DNA of 64,000 nucleotides from contig JAFLTW010000002.1 of NCBI GenBank assembly GCA_022509085.1, positions 54,455 through 118,454 of the forward strand. Direction: 5' to 3'. Position 1 is the first letter of the stretch. The number at the start of each line of letters is the position of its first letter. Of this stretch, positions 29,055 to 37,783 are shown piece after piece. This DNA is from Muribaculaceae bacterium. GTDB taxonomy: Bacteria; Bacteroidota; Bacteroidia; Bacteroidales; Muribaculaceae. The position numbers were made by a program, and so were the translations under genes. The notes under the pieces are model-generated. The model was not told the DNA's origin, did no database searches, and was given only the letters and a program-made list of their open reading frames with translations.

Positions 29055-29390
29055 AGACCCCATCTAATAATGAATGTTAAAAACGCAGGGCGGTGAATTT
29101 TTGATGATTTTCAGCAAGTTGATGAAGGAATGATGCGGGCATCATGACTGAAGAGACTTGGCTGAAAGGCGCAAAAAGGCACCGGAAGGCGCAAAAACAG
29201 AATTTAAAACCTAAACGAATGTTAAACAAAACCCCTTACAATGAGAAGTAAAGTTACCGTTGTCTCGCAGCTTCACGCCATCTTTGACTCTTTGTTTCAG
29301 TCACATACCCCGGTATGCTCCTGAAACTGCAGAGCCAAATCTGACGCAAATCTGCGACCCTGCGTTAACATTGCTTATTGGATGGGGTCT
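29055..29390. other. 336-bp non-coding segment bounded by 36/33-bp imperfect inverted repeats
   Basis: IR-L AGACCCCATCTAATAATGAATGTTAAAAACGCAGGG (29055-29090) vs reverse complement of 29358-29390 AGACCCCATCCAATAAGCAATGTTAACGCAGGG; 30 of 33 matches, one 3-nt gap. Confidence 0.75.
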
Positions 29391-29463
29391 AAGCCGTATC
29401 CAATAATTTTTTCGGATACGGCCATATTCAAGTCCCTCGGCTCAGTCAGGATTTACGGTGAGG

Positions 29464-29940
29464 TCAGAATGGAGAGATGGGTCGCAGGAAAAGGCCGGCG
29501 CCTCCTCCGGCCCCGCGTATCAGGCCCTGCATCGACTCCTCGGTCTCTTCAAGAAATGCCTCGGCGCCTTCCATCCCGGTGTGGAGCAGCCAGCGGTAAA
29601 TGATGTAGCTGATGAAGATTCTCTCCAGGAGTATCCCCATGGCTGCTTCAAGATGGGCGCCAGATGCATTGCCGACAATTTTGAGGTGAAAGAAGGTATC
29701 GGGCTCCGACTGCCCTGTCTGACCCTCCTGAATCAGTTCCGATCCTTCGGCTTTGCACCCAAGCCTCGCCTGGATCCGCGCGGCGCACTCCTTGAAGAAG
29801 TCATGCAGAAGCGCTGAGTCCACGCCACAGGCCGAATGTCTGAAGTAATCCTCGCCGGTCTTGGCCCGCTTGCCCGAAATATAACTCAGCCTAACAATCA
29901 CTTTCTTTAAAATCTCACTGAATTTTACAGTTATTGTCAT
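29464..29940 (-). CDS. Hypothetical protein, possibly phage-structural-like
   Basis: 157-158 aa ORF with its own -7 box. Resemblance to Bacteroidales prophage proteins is my recollection only and is unverified. Confidence 0.6.
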   Translation of the reverse strand: MTITVKFSEILKKVIVRLSYISGKRAKTGEDYFRHSACGVDSALLHDFFKECAARIQARLGCKAEGSELIQEGQTGQSEPDTFFHLKIVGNASGAHLEAAMGILLERIFISYIIYRWLLHTGMEGAEAFLEETEESMQGLIRGAGGGAGLFLRPISPF

Positions 29941-29969
29941 AGATGTTTTAATGTTTCAATAAAAATTAT

Positions 29970-29998
29970 TAATTTTGCATTGCAAATGTAACAACATT
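29970..29998. promoter_or_regulatory. Overlapping divergent -7 boxes plus palindromic candidate operator
   Basis: + strand TAATTTTG 29970-77; - strand TACATTTG 29990-83; AATGT-N4-ACATT 29985-98. Confidence 0.6.
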
Positions 29999-30029
29999 GT
30001 TAAAAGTCAAATCTATAAAAGTTGAAACT

Positions 30030-30692
30030 ATGGGAGATTCAGGCACAGTTAAAAGCCGGCTTATACAATTTCTTAAGAGCCAACGCATCACCCAGACCGA
30101 GTTTACACGCGCCCTAGGGGTGTCGCCTACCTATATCGGAGCCATGCGCAAAGGCATACCTGCCGACCGCCTTAAAAAAATAGGTGAACTCTATCCCGAT
30201 CTCAACCGCGACTGGCTGCTCTATGGCGAGGGGGAGATGCTCCGCCAGGCTTCCCCTAAGGAGGAAACGCGCCCTGAAAGTGAGTATGAGACGCTGCTTC
30301 TTCCCGTCGAGGCCTTCGCCGGCGGCTTGCAGATGTGGAGCCAGGGGGTGCGCGGTGAGGAGTGTCGCCGTATAATGTCGCCCATCAGCGGCGTTGACTT
30401 CGCTATCCCTATCAAGGGCGACAGTATGGAGCCCCGCTTCCATGAGGGGAGCACACTCCTGCTTAAGAAAATCAACGAGAAGGCTTTCATCCCCTGGGGC
30501 CACACCATGGTGGTCGACACCGAAAACGGTGTGCTGGTGAAAAACCTCTATCCCGCCGAAGATACCGACGGCGAGGAATACGTGGTGGCAAAGAGCCTCA
30601 ACCCTAAATATCCCCCCTTCAAAATCCCGACATCATCCATCTATGGGCTCTATCGCGTGATGGGCACCGTGGATATTTTCTCCAACCTCTGA
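30030..30692 (+). CDS. XRE-HTH + S24 peptidase repressor (CI/LexA-like)
   Basis: ITQTEFTRALGVS HTH; AFAG cleavage-type motif; GDSM catalytic Ser; VKNL catalytic Lys. Confidence 0.9.
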   Translation: MGDSGTVKSRLIQFLKSQRITQTEFTRALGVSPTYIGAMRKGIPADRLKKIGELYPDLNRDWLLYGEGEMLRQASPKEETRPESEYETLLLPVEAFAGGLQMWSQGVRGEECRRIMSPISGVDFAIPIKGDSMEPRFHEGSTLLLKKINEKAFIPWGHTMVVDTENGVLVKNLYPAEDTDGEEYVVAKSLNPKYPPFKIPTSSIYGLYRVMGTVDIFSNL

Positions 30693-30796
30693 CTCCTCCC
30701 TCTTCCCGATTTTAAGCCCCGGGTTCCGGGTCTTTTAGTTTCACTGCCAGGTTGCTTTCGGTAAAGCATCCGGCATGCAAATAATGATCTTACACT

Positions 30797-32080
30797 ATGA
30801 AAAAGTACATATTGCTTATTGTCCTCTCTCTCTTTCTCATCTCCGATGCCTCGGCCTTCGATGGCATGATAAAAAAGAAGATCTTCACCTTTGGCGAGAA
30901 GGAGGAACTCGACTCCCTGCTTCTCTACGACATTTTCCACCATAACGCACCCGAAGATTTCCAGACCCCCAACGTGCCTACGGTGGCCGTCGTGGGCAAA
31001 GGCGGCAAGTTCATTCTCGGCATCGGAGGCAACGTGAAGGCCGTGATGGGCTGGGATATCGGTCACCCGATAGAGAGCGCCGATGAGTTCATCACCTCCC
31101 AGATACCCATGACGCCCATGAATGGCGACAACAGCCGCTTCAGTTTCTCGGCCCGTCAGACCCACCTCTTCATCAATTTCGTGGCACTCCCCGGCACGGG
31201 CAACGAGATTGGCGCCTTCATCTCCGCCAACCTCCTCAACGGCTACCTCCCCACCCTCCAGTTTGCCTACCTGAAGTATCGCGGCATACAGGCGGGCTAT
31301 GACTACTCGCTCTTCTCCGACCCCTCGTGTGGCGCTCCGGCCGTCGACTACGAAGGCCCCAGCTCCAATACCACCAACCCCGTGGGAGGCATCAACTACA
31401 CGTGGGAACCCAATCCCCACGGCCGCTGGGAACTGGCCGTCGGTCTGGAGATGCCCCAAACGTCATTCACCACTGTCGACGGACGCACCAGATGGGTGTA
31501 TCAGCGGGCTCCCGATATACCTCTGGCTGCCAAGTATGCCTGGCAAAGCGGCAGCTCATGGGTGCGCGCCTCGGCCATACTGCGCACGCTCACCTATCGC
31601 AACGAGCTCCTGGAACGCAACAAGAGCCGCTTTGGCTACGGTTTTCAGCTCAGCGGCGCATGGAATATCGCCGACCCCCTCACTCTATACTATCAGGGTG
31701 TTTGGGGTAAGGGCATCGCCTCTATGATTCAGGATACACTCGATGAAAATCTCGACATGACCCCCTCCGATGGCGACGATTCCCTCTCGCCCGTAATGCT
31801 CTGGGGCGGCTTTGCATCCCTCGAGTATGCCATCAGCGACCGCTGGACCGCCTCCGCCACATATTCCCACGTACGCTCCTACGTCCCCCGCTTTACCGGT
31901 GGCTCCGAGGCTTGGGGCGACCTGTATAAGTATGCGCAGTATGTCTCGGCCAACGTTTTCTATGACCTCACCTCATATTTCGAGATCGGAATGGAATACA
32001 TCTGGGGTCGCCGCGCCAACAACGACGGCCTGAAGTGTTCCGATAACCGTATTCAGATGTCTTTCCAGCTCTCTTTCTAA
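30797..32080 (+). CDS. DcaP-like outer membrane porin
   Basis: Signal peptide; ARQTHL, PDIPL..KY, W.R.SAILR.L.YR; C-terminal Phe. Confidence 0.75.
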   Translation: MKKYILLIVLSLFLISDASAFDGMIKKKIFTFGEKEELDSLLLYDIFHHNAPEDFQTPNVPTVAVVGKGGKFILGIGGNVKAVMGWDIGHPIESADEFITSQIPMTPMNGDNSRFSFSARQTHLFINFVALPGTGNEIGAFISANLLNGYLPTLQFAYLKYRGIQAGYDYSLFSDPSCGAPAVDYEGPSSNTTNPVGGINYTWEPNPHGRWELAVGLEMPQTSFTTVDGRTRWVYQRAPDIPLAAKYAWQSGSSWVRASAILRTLTYRNELLERNKSRFGYGFQLSGAWNIADPLTLYYQGVWGKGIASMIQDTLDENLDMTPSDGDDSLSPVMLWGGFASLEYAISDRWTASATYSHVRSYVPRFTGGSEAWGDLYKYAQYVSANVFYDLTSYFEIGMEYIWGRRANNDGLKCSDNRIQMSFQLSF

Positions 32081-32159
32081 TCCTTCCTTATAGAAATACC
32101 CTGTTTCTTGTCGCCGGTGCAAAATAATTTGGGCCTGAAAATTGCGTTTATAGTATGAT

Positions 32160-34886
32160 ATGAAGAAGTTAGTCAATAAAGCTCTGCTGGCCGTGCTCGC
32201 TCTTGGAGCATGCGCTGCTTTGCCTTTTCACGCATACGCCAATCTCAACGGCCAGTGGGTAAGCCACCCCGCCGCCAATCTCCGCTCCCTCCAGAAGGAG
32301 GGCCAGGTTGATCGGATCATCGAAGGCGAGAGGTACGTCTATTTCTCCCTGCGCGGCGACAGTTTCCACCGCGGAAGCCGATATCTCTATTCCACCGACA
32401 AGGCCATCGACCCCCTGCAGCTTTTCCGCTACGACAAGACACTCCCCTGGAGCGCCGACAACCTCAGGGCAGTGGCTGCCGACCTCCCGCTCTCTGGCGC
32501 CGTCCACGATGTACTGGCCTATTCCCCCGAACGGGGCCTGCTCGTGGTGGTCTACGAGAACAGGAAGTTCGACCTTATTTCCGACGACGGTGGCTTCGTG
32601 GCCAGTTCCACGCTCGCCGACATCTCCGTCTCCGGAAAGTCAAACCGTATCTACAGCATCACTTTCGACGAGTCGCTCCCGCAGATGTATATGGCCGGGA
32701 GCTTCGGCTATGCAGTGGTGAGCACAGACACCGGCGATCTTCTTGACCTCGTCAGGCTTGACAAGCCCGTGGCATGGGCCGGTAGGGTAGGAGACAATAT
32801 GGTGGTCTTCGCCGGCGATTTCTCCTCGGCGGCATATAATGTATCGGCCTATTCTTTCCCGGCTGCCAACCCCCCGGCCGTTCTGGAAAACCCGATTCCC
32901 GACTCGGCCAACATCCAGGCACTGATGCCCCTTACGGAAAGCTCCTTTGCCGCAATGGCACCCGGCACCACCGACAAGGACGGCATCCTGAAACTCTTCG
33001 TGAGGGAAGACGGCGCCTGGCGCTCATACCTCCTCACGGCCACTCTCTCGGTCGACGATCAGGCAATGCCCAATTTCCGCCATATGTTCCGCACAGACGG
33101 TTTCGTGTCTCCGGCCTCAGGCGGCTATGCCGTATATGACAGGGATGGGGTGCATATGCTTAAGAAAGGTGTCGATTTCAAGGCGGCCGGAAGTCTGGCC
33201 AATTATCAGGCGGCCGCTCTTTCCCACATCTCAAAGATGTCTCTCACCGACACTGCTGAGAAGGCCTCGAAAGGTGCCACTTTCGACGGTAGCCGTCTCT
33301 GGTTCTATACATACTCCTCCAACGGCCAGGACGCCCTCCCGCGCGGATTCTACACCAAGGGTGTGAATGGCGGCTCGCTCTCGAGTGTCAGCTCTGCCGT
33401 CGCCGCCCCGTCGGCTCCTACCTCCCTATTTACCGTCTACATGGACTATAGCCCTGAAAAGGGAATGATTGCACGAGGCCCGGGATCCAATTTCTATACC
33501 GGTACGCCAGACTACGACTATGTGAGCGCCTATTCTGCAGGCCGTTGGACCGACCTCTCCTATGGCGCTAACAATTCGAAATACGTAGTGCCCACGGCTG
33601 CTGGTGGCATTGTGGCAGTCGACCCCCTCAACCCCTCCTGGATATGGGGCGTCGGTTGCAAGAGGGGCGTCTACCGAATCGACACATCTGACTATTCCAA
33701 TTTCCTGGCTCTCGGCAGCACGCAGTATCCCGCTTACGAGACAAACTATCCGGGCTACTTCTGTGTCTTCCCGAAGCAGGTGGAATACAACGACCTTATC
33801 AACTTCTCGCAGATCGACTTCGACAACGATGGCCGTATGTGGTTTGCGCGCTATTGGCTCAACCCCGAGCGCGGCGGCGACTATGAGTATCTATGCGACG
33901 CCTCCGTGCCGTTCTACTACATAACGGCCGACGAACGCGGCAACATGGCGAAGATAGGCTCCGACAAGTCGAAGCTTCCGCCGCTCCACGAGCTCCGCGT
34001 GCCTATGGCTGAGTCGTACCATCAGGCCGACCTTGCGGCCCTGAAACACCCGGCCAACCAGACCATCGTGGCCTTTACCCCCAAGTTCTATTCCAATTTC
34101 TATCAGCCGGTGATTCTCTACGACCATAAGGGTCAGCCGGAAAATCCCGACGTGCATACCCACGCCTTCATCGAGGAACTATTCGACCAAAATGGCGAGA
34201 GGTTTACCCTCGATGTCCGCAAGGGGTTCTATGAAGATCCCCTCACAGGCTGGCTCTGGCTCCTCTCGAGCCATGGTGTGGTGGTGGTAGACCCGCAAGA
34301 GATTCTTGCCGGCAAGAGGGTGGGCCGGCGCCTCAGTGTTGAGAAGACCAACGGCATAGCATCCGGGGAGTTCCCCTTCGAGCATATCACCGTCAACGGT
34401 GTTTCCCACGACAATCTCGGCCGGAAGTGGGTGGCCACCGAGGAGGGCCTCTACTGTCTCTCTGCCGACTGCAAGGAACTGCTGGGGCTCTACACAGTGG
34501 CCAACTCTCCCATACCCTCCGACGAATTGTGGAACGTAACCTGCGATCCCGCCACCGGTGCCGTCTTCGTGCAGTCGTCGCGTGGCATCGTGGAGTTCCA
34601 GCCCGAGGGCAGTACGGCAGAACGTCCCGCCGGCACACACCTTAATATATGGCCCTCCGCCGTCACTCCCGAATATCGCGGCTATGTGAAGCTCACCGGT
34701 GCGCAAGACGGCGTGGAATACGTGGTAGAGGATGCTGAGGGCCGGAAGGTAGGCAGTCTCGGCAAAGCCTCAGGCGGCCTGCTCCAATGGGACGCATCGG
34801 GCGCCGACGGCAGCCGTCTCGCCCCGGGTCGTTACAACGTGCGCCGCGACGGCCGCCAAGAGTCAAATCCCATAATCATCCTATAG
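32160..34886 (+). CDS. PorZ-like beta-propeller protein with T9SS C-terminal domain
   Basis: DNLGRKWVATEEG...YTVANSPIPSD...DPATGAVF; IWP..V.PEY.GYVKLTG...GG...WD. Confidence 0.7.
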   Translation: MKKLVNKALLAVLALGACAALPFHAYANLNGQWVSHPAANLRSLQKEGQVDRIIEGERYVYFSLRGDSFHRGSRYLYSTDKAIDPLQLFRYDKTLPWSADNLRAVAADLPLSGAVHDVLAYSPERGLLVVVYENRKFDLISDDGGFVASSTLADISVSGKSNRIYSITFDESLPQMYMAGSFGYAVVSTDTGDLLDLVRLDKPVAWAGRVGDNMVVFAGDFSSAAYNVSAYSFPAANPPAVLENPIPDSANIQALMPLTESSFAAMAPGTTDKDGILKLFVREDGAWRSYLLTATLSVDDQAMPNFRHMFRTDGFVSPASGGYAVYDRDGVHMLKKGVDFKAAGSLANYQAAALSHISKMSLTDTAEKASKGATFDGSRLWFYTYSSNGQDALPRGFYTKGVNGGSLSSVSSAVAAPSAPTSLFTVYMDYSPEKGMIARGPGSNFYTGTPDYDYVSAYSAGRWTDLSYGANNSKYVVPTAAGGIVAVDPLNPSWIWGVGCKRGVYRIDTSDYSNFLALGSTQYPAYETNYPGYFCVFPKQVEYNDLINFSQIDFDNDGRMWFARYWLNPERGGDYEYLCDASVPFYYITADERGNMAKIGSDKSKLPPLHELRVPMAESYHQADLAALKHPANQTIVAFTPKFYSNFYQPVILYDHKGQPENPDVHTHAFIEELFDQNGERFTLDVRKGFYEDPLTGWLWLLSSHGVVVVDPQEILAGKRVGRRLSVEKTNGIASGEFPFEHITVNGVSHDNLGRKWVATEEGLYCLSADCKELLGLYTVANSPIPSDELWNVTCDPATGAVFVQSSRGIVEFQPEGSTAERPAGTHLNIWPSAVTPEYRGYVKLTGAQDGVEYVVEDAEGRKVGSLGKASGGLLQWDASGADGSRLAPGRYNVRRDGRQESNPIIIL

Positions 34887-34916
34887 TGGAAATCGGTTTT
34901 TGATAATTGTTATCCG

Positions 34917-34959
34917 AAAAAGCGAGAGGGCCGCGCTCAACGAAGCGAAGCCCTCTCTT
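34917..34959 (-). terminator. Terminator between convergent PorZ-like gene and aspA
   Basis: GAGAGGGC/GCCCTCTC stem with T-tract on minus strand. Confidence 0.7.
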
Positions 34960-34989
34960 GTGTTAGGTTAGTTCAATATCGTGTATGCC

Positions 34990-36423
34990 TTACTTTCGGG
35001 GTTTGATATCGAGCTTCACCGGTTTGATCATGTTTTCTGGCGAGAGGATGCGGTCGAGCTCCTCTTTGGTCAGGATGCCGTGCTCGAGCACGAGGTTGTA
35101 GACGCTCTTGTTGGTCTCGAGGGCCTCCTTGGCTATTTTGGTGGAGTTCTTGTAGCCGATGATGGGATTGAGGGCCGTTACGATGCCGATGCTGTTGTGC
35201 ACGTTGGCAAGGCAGTGGTCGGGGTTGGCCGTGATGCCCTCGATGCAGTTTTTACGCAGCGTCTCGAAGCCGTTGATCATTATCTCGATCGATTCGAAGC
35301 AGCACTGTGCCATTACGGGTTCCATGGCATTTAGCTCCATCTGGGCGGCGTCGCCGGCCATCGTTACGCAGAGCTCGTTGCCTATCACCTTGTAGCAGAT
35401 CTGGTTCATCACCTCGGGGATTACGGGGTTCACCTTTCCGGGCATGATCGAGGATCCGGGCTGCCTTGCGGGCAGGTTGAATTCCTCGAGGCCGCAGCGC
35501 GGGCCGCTGGCAAGCAGTCGCAGGTCGTTGCAGATCTTGTTCATCTTTACGGCCACTCTCTTCAGGGCCGATGCGTAGCCTACCATGCAGGAAGTGTCGG
35601 AGGTGGCGCCTACGAGGTCTTTGGCCAGCTTGATGTCCCAGCCGGTGATGTCGCGCAGGGCGGCGATACATTTCTCTGCATAGCCGGGTTCGGAGCAGAT
35701 GCCGGTGCCTATGGCCGTGGCTCCCATGTTTACGGTCAGGAAGTCTTCGGCTGCCTCGTCAAGGTGCTTTATCTCGTCTTCCAGGATGGAGGCGAATCCG
35801 CCGAAGGTCTGACCCAGAGTCATGGGCACGGCGTCCTCAAGCTGAGTGCGTCCCATTTTCAGGATGTCTTTGAAGGCGTCGGCCTTCTCGCGCAGAGCTG
35901 CGATGAGGGTGCGGAAGTGGGTCAGATATTTCAGGTGGGAGAAGTAGAGGCCGATGTGGATGGCGGTGGGGTAGGCGTCGTTGGTCGACTGTGAGCAGTT
36001 CACGATGTCGTTGGGCGAGCAATACTGGTATTCGCCGCGCTTGTGGCCCATCAGCTCGAGCGCCCTGTTGGCTATTACCTCGTTGGCGTTCATGTTGGTG
36101 GTGGTGCCGGCGCCCCCCTGAATCATGTCTACCGGGAACTGGTCGTGGTGCTTGCCGTCCATTATCTCGTGGCATGCCACGTCGATGGCGTCAGCCTGCT
36201 CCTTCGTCAGGAGCCCGAGCTCGAAGTTGGCGCGCGATGCCGCCAGCTTGGTGATGGCAAGTCCCTTGATGAAGTCGGGATACTCGTTGAGATGGAATTT
36301 GCTGATCTCGAAATTCTCGATGCCGCGAAGGGTCTGCACGCCGTATAATGCGCATTCGGGCACCTCAAGGGCTCCCAGCAGGTCTGATTCGATGCGGAAT
36401 CCTTTCTTGCAATTGTCTTCCAT
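34990..36423 (-). CDS. aspA: Aspartate ammonia-lyase
   Basis: RIESDLLG, QGGAGTTTNMNANE, GRTQLEDAVP, GSSIMPGKVNP. Confidence 0.96.
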   Translation of the reverse strand: MEDNCKKGFRIESDLLGALEVPECALYGVQTLRGIENFEISKFHLNEYPDFIKGLAITKLAASRANFELGLLTKEQADAIDVACHEIMDGKHHDQFPVDMIQGGAGTTTNMNANEVIANRALELMGHKRGEYQYCSPNDIVNCSQSTNDAYPTAIHIGLYFSHLKYLTHFRTLIAALREKADAFKDILKMGRTQLEDAVPMTLGQTFGGFASILEDEIKHLDEAAEDFLTVNMGATAIGTGICSEPGYAEKCIAALRDITGWDIKLAKDLVGATSDTSCMVGYASALKRVAVKMNKICNDLRLLASGPRCGLEEFNLPARQPGSSIMPGKVNPVIPEVMNQICYKVIGNELCVTMAGDAAQMELNAMEPVMAQCCFESIEIMINGFETLRKNCIEGITANPDHCLANVHNSIGIVTALNPIIGYKNSTKIAKEALETNKSVYNLVLEHGILTKEELDRILSPENMIKPVKLDIKPRK

Positions 36424-36515
36424 GGTTTCTTATGTTGATTTTGTGTTTTTATGGTCGCTTTTTGAGCTTTTCCGGTAATCCTTTTTGAGTTTTTACGGTC
36501 GTCTTTAAAGTGAGG

Positions 36516-36579
36516 CAAAGTTAGAAAATAATCTTAAATTATGCAATATTGTCAGATTGGTAAGATTTTTATAATTTTG
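36516..36579. promoter_or_regulatory. Divergent -7 boxes for aspA and the capsule operon
   Basis: - strand TAACTTTG 36523-16; + strand TAATTTTG 36572-79. Confidence 0.65.
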
Positions 36580-36637
36580 CATTTTGAATAAAACGGAGAA
36601 AAATTCGTTTATTACTAAAGACCGTTAAGAGATAGGC

Positions 36638-37783
36638 ATGACTTTAAACTGGCCGATCATCATGTTGTGTGCAGTAGGGATCTCCATACTGCTCACGGCC
36701 GTGCTGATTCCCCAGATTCTGCATGTCTCTCTTGCCAAGAGGCTTTTCGACCGCCCGGCGCAGAGGAAGATACATCATGGTGTCGTGCCTCGCCTCGGCG
36801 GTTTCGCGTTCCTCCCGGTGCTGCTCGTCACGGCCGGTATCGTCCTTGTGATGCCCGCCAACTATGTTGAGAATTCCTCTATTGTGATGAGTCCCGACTT
36901 CATCCGCTGCCTGCCCGACATAATCGTGCTGGTGGCGGCGATGATGATCATGTTTCTCACCGGGCTCTACGACGACCTCCTCAGTCTTAAGTATGGCGTG
37001 AAGTTCCTTTCCCAGCTTATCGCTGCCGTGCTCCTGGTGGAGGCGGGAGAATATATCGTAGACTACGACCATCTCTTCGGCATCGGCACCACTACCGTGG
37101 CCATGGGCAAGATCATCACGGGTTTCTTGATTGTCTACATCGTCAATGCCCTCAACCTTATCGACGGTATCGACGGTCTGGCTTCCGGTCTCTGCGTCGT
37201 TACGCTCTGCTTCTTCGGCTGGATGCTTTTCGCGGCCCATCTCTTCATGTTCTCGCTCCTCTCGTGGGTGGGAGCTGCATCGATGGCCGTGTTCTGGGTG
37301 TTCAATGTCTTCGGCAGCAAGCGGCGACACACCAAAATTTTTATGGGCGACGTCGGCTCGCTCTCCGTGGGTATATTCGTTGCGTTCCTGGCCATAACGG
37401 TGGCGCGCCAGAACCCCAGGGAGTCTCTCTGGGCCGAACCTCCCTTCCTGCTGGCCATGAGCCCCCTCGTGCTCCCGCTCTTCGATGTGGTCAGGGTGTT
37501 CTGCGTCAGGATTATCAACCATAAGAGCCCGTTCCTGCCCGACAAGCGCCACATCCATCATCTGATGCTCGACACGGGCATCAGCATGCGCGGAGCGATG
37601 TGCCTGCTCATCCTGGGCCAGATCTGTGTGCTCGCCCTCAATCTCTGGCTCGCCGAGTTCTGGAGCATCAACTGGATTCTGATTCTCGATGCCGGCATCT
37701 ACATCCTCTGGGTGCTCGCAGTGAGCCTCTCTTCTAAAGACAAACCTAAAAAAGCAAATAAAAAAGCAAAAAGGATAAGATGA
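36638..37783 (+). CDS. wecA: MraY/WecA-family undecaprenyl-phosphate GlcNAc-1-P transferase
   Basis: RKIH...VPRLGG, GLYDD, NALNLIDGIDGLA, IFMGDVGS, DKRHIHH. Confidence 0.92.
   Translation: MTLNWPIIMLCAVGISILLTAVLIPQILHVSLAKRLFDRPAQRKIHHGVVPRLGGFAFLPVLLVTAGIVLVMPANYVENSSIVMSPDFIRCLPDIIVLVAAMMIMFLTGLYDDLLSLKYGVKFLSQLIAAVLLVEAGEYIVDYDHLFGIGTTTVAMGKIITGFLIVYIVNALNLIDGIDGLASGLCVVTLCFFGWMLFAAHLFMFSLLSWVGAASMAVFWVFNVFGSKRRHTKIFMGDVGSLSVGIFVAFLAITVARQNPRESLWAEPPFLLAMSPLVLPLFDVVRVFCVRIINHKSPFLPDKRHIHHLMLDTGISMRGAMCLLILGQICVLALNLWLAEFWSINWILILDAGIYILWVLAVSLSSKDKPKKANKKAKRIR

Noticed and set aside
29055-29090. dif/Xer-like site (ATGTTAAA) within the IR
   Set aside because: Only a partial XerD-like arm; the XerC arm and central symmetry do not fit.
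29176-29200. CCGGAAGG resembling the SRP RNA loop
   Set aside because: Flanking SRP helix-8 consensus (CAGG...AGCAG) and stem are absent.
29464-30692. Intact prophage
   Set aside because: No integrase, terminase, capsid, lysis genes or att pair; flanks are housekeeping genes.
36491-36630. Possible invertible capsule promoter (ACGGTCGTCTTTA vs TAAAGACCGT)
   Set aside because: Only 6-7 bp of contiguous identity with a 3-nt indel, and no recombinase nearby; too weak without read evidence.
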